Part shown: positions 61,940 through 64,000 of the stretch, in pieces
Position numbering within the stretch: position 1 is the stretch's first letter
Layout of the letters: each line of letters starts with the position of its first letter
Assembly (NCBI RefSeq): GCF_009914755.1
Contig: NC_060942.1
DNA length: 64,000 nt
Origin: the human T2T-CHM13v2.0 reference genome, Homo sapiens
Reading direction: 5' to 3' (one strand)
Translations under genes and position numbers: made by a program
The notes under the pieces: model-generated
What the model was told of the DNA's origin: nothing
What the model saw: only the letters and a program-made list of their open reading frames with translations
Database searches by the model: none

Positions 61940-62300
61940 TCTTTATTCAACAAATATTCAGCGTGCTACTATGTGACAGGCTCTGGTCTAGCCAGCAAGG
62001 TCAGGGCTGAGCAAGGAGACCAGAGTTCCCGCCAGCAAGCGAGCTCCGCAATAGACGAGAAAACCGTGGTTTCACAAGTCAGCTGCAGAGAGCGCCAGCC
62101 ACGTGCAGCCGCCGGACTGTGGTGATGCTACTAAGAATACAAGGTAGGCAGCTGGGAAAGACTTCTCCAAGAAGTTGACACTTGGCCTTGATCCTGAAGA
62201 TAAGAATCGGCCATAAAAGTTACTAGGGAAGATCATCCAAGCCAAAGAAAAGGAAAATGCCAGCCCCTTGAGAGGATGTGAGCCACAGCCGAGTCGGCCT
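61940..62300 (-). mobile_element. L2 3' end
   Basis: tttattcaacaaatattcagcgtgctactatgtgacaggctctggtctag is the L2 terminus in antisense. Confidence 0.7.
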
Positions 62301-62870
62301 AAGAAAGGGGCTGAAGGCCAGGAAGGCTCCCCAGGAGCAAGCAGGGAAGAGCACTGTGGGAGAGAGGCCAGCAGGCAAGTAAAGAGGTGATGGGGGACCC
62401 GGGAGCAACAGTGAGGAGTTCCACCTGAGTTGTAACAGCAGTAAGCAGCCTTGAAGGTCTTCATAGTTGAAAAAGAGTTCCATAGGTAGAGATGGGAGAA
62501 AAGAAAGGACCAAAGAATGAGAATGGCAGGAACCCCCGTGGGGAGCTGGCCAGAGCCCATGGTCCTGCCTGGCTAGAGCCTGGGCAGTCAGCAGAGATGC
62601 AGAGAAAAGGCATTTGCAAAACAGGCGGGGTCCAGACATCATGTACCATAACCCTCATGCCTAATTAAAAATGCAATATGAAAATGGGATTAAACTTTAA
62701 TTAGGCAGATTCGTTGAGCTGTTTTTGAAAATCTTAGAAAATTTTAATTCTGGAGGGTATTGCACAACCACCTCATTTTTCAAATGGAGAAACAAGAGCA
62801 TAAAGAGGACAGTGATTCACACACACACAAAGATGATTTTGGATCAGTGAGGGAGATTCTAAGACATATA

Positions 62871-62912
62871 GTCACCACGCACCCAGCACTTGTCACCACG
62901 CACCCAGCACTT
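62871..62912 (+). repeat. 21-bp perfect tandem duplication
   Basis: gtcaccacgcacccagcactt twice. Confidence 0.92.
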
Positions 62913-62914
62913 GC

Positions 62915-63085
62915 TCCCGCTCAGCACTGTTCTGTCTTCATCTCTGTTAAGCAGCTCGGGCCTCACGGCGACCAGGTGAAGGAGACGCTGCTTTGCTTGC
63001 CATTTTTGCAGATGGGGAAACTCAGGTCCCAGAGGACTGGGTCAAAGTCTCCTAGGTGGCAAGTGATAAATCTAGGTAGATGGGA
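62915..63085 (-). mobile_element. MIR fragment
   Basis: ccatttttgcagatggggaaactcaggtcccagagg. Confidence 0.7.
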
Positions 63086-64000
63086 GGCGCTTAGCCATTA
63101 GTCTTCTCACATGAGTTATTTCCTTCTTCTTTTATGAAAATAAATACCCTGGAATGTATTTTCAGGAGCAAAGACTGAATCTAAAAGGCCAACATCATGT
63201 ATTTACTTGATCAGTTCACCAAACGTCCCACTTAAATTAAAAATCAGGCATTTTTTGGCATTGTGCAGTCTAACAAAAAAAAAAGACTAGACTGAAGTTT
63301 TAACTGGTTGTGAAAGTAATGTAGACGTAGCCTGGCACACACAGAGAAAAGTGTTCACATAGAATTTATCCTCAGCGCCATCTGGGAAACCTCAGTGAGA
63401 TTTATTTCAGAGTTATAAAAAGATACAGGAACATAATGGATCTTTGCCAAACTCAAAAAATGAGCTTTGCTTTCATAGTTACTCTCCCACTGGGTGTCTT
63501 CCTCCATATCAGGGCACATTCTTTATTCTGGTAGGACCTTCAGGTAGCATTTACCAGGCGAACTCAGTAACAGCTGCTGGGAGAAGGGTCTTCCCATCCT
63601 TAAACAATGATGTTTCCTAAACATCACATCAGTCAAGAGGCTAATCCCGATGTGGGGTCCACTGTAGCCAAACCCCATACCAGCCTACAAAGGCAGAGCT
63701 AACAGTATGCAGCTGCTTCTCCCAATTCCAGAAACAGCAGATATGACATATATAACATTTTAAGAAAACGTGTGTGTGACTGCTTTTTACAACAGAGAGT
63801 AAGGATCTGTCCACTTTCCATTTTGATATCAGTTACATCTTGCTGGATGACTTCTAATCTGGAGACAACCAAGTTATTTCAGAAATCTGAATCTGACCCC
63901 GTGACAATTGGGGCAGCTGTGTGTAACATGAGTAAATCAGGTGTACAATATGCCCAAGAAAATGGGTGGCTGCAAAACTGCTTGCATATTTAAATTATTT

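Overview
Primate (human or great-ape-like) genomic DNA, judged from AluY/S/J, THE1 and L1PA elements. I found no recognisable protein-coding exon, RNA gene or CRISPR array. Nearly all long ORFs in the track come from tandem repeats or L1/Alu sequence. The window looks like a distal-chromosome gene desert or large intron: many GC-rich minisatellites, ancient repeats rich in CpG, CpG-island-like patches, and several repeat-free blocks dense in Hox/Pbx/Meis and other homeodomain motifs (candidate developmental enhancers). The most unusual structure is a nested inverted duplication at 54800-55999: a ~140-bp inverted copy ~0.9 kb away plus a 63-bp-arm hairpin, sharing a 30-bp core present three times. 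Also notable are a twin-primed 5'-inverted L1PA8-like insertion, a perfect 21-bp inverted repeat at 60151-60231, and a 453-codon stop-free frame in unique sequence at 7743-9104. I cannot support a new multi-gene biological system here. Repeat subfamily names come from recalled consensus sequences and enhancer calls from motif reading only; no alignment or database search was run.
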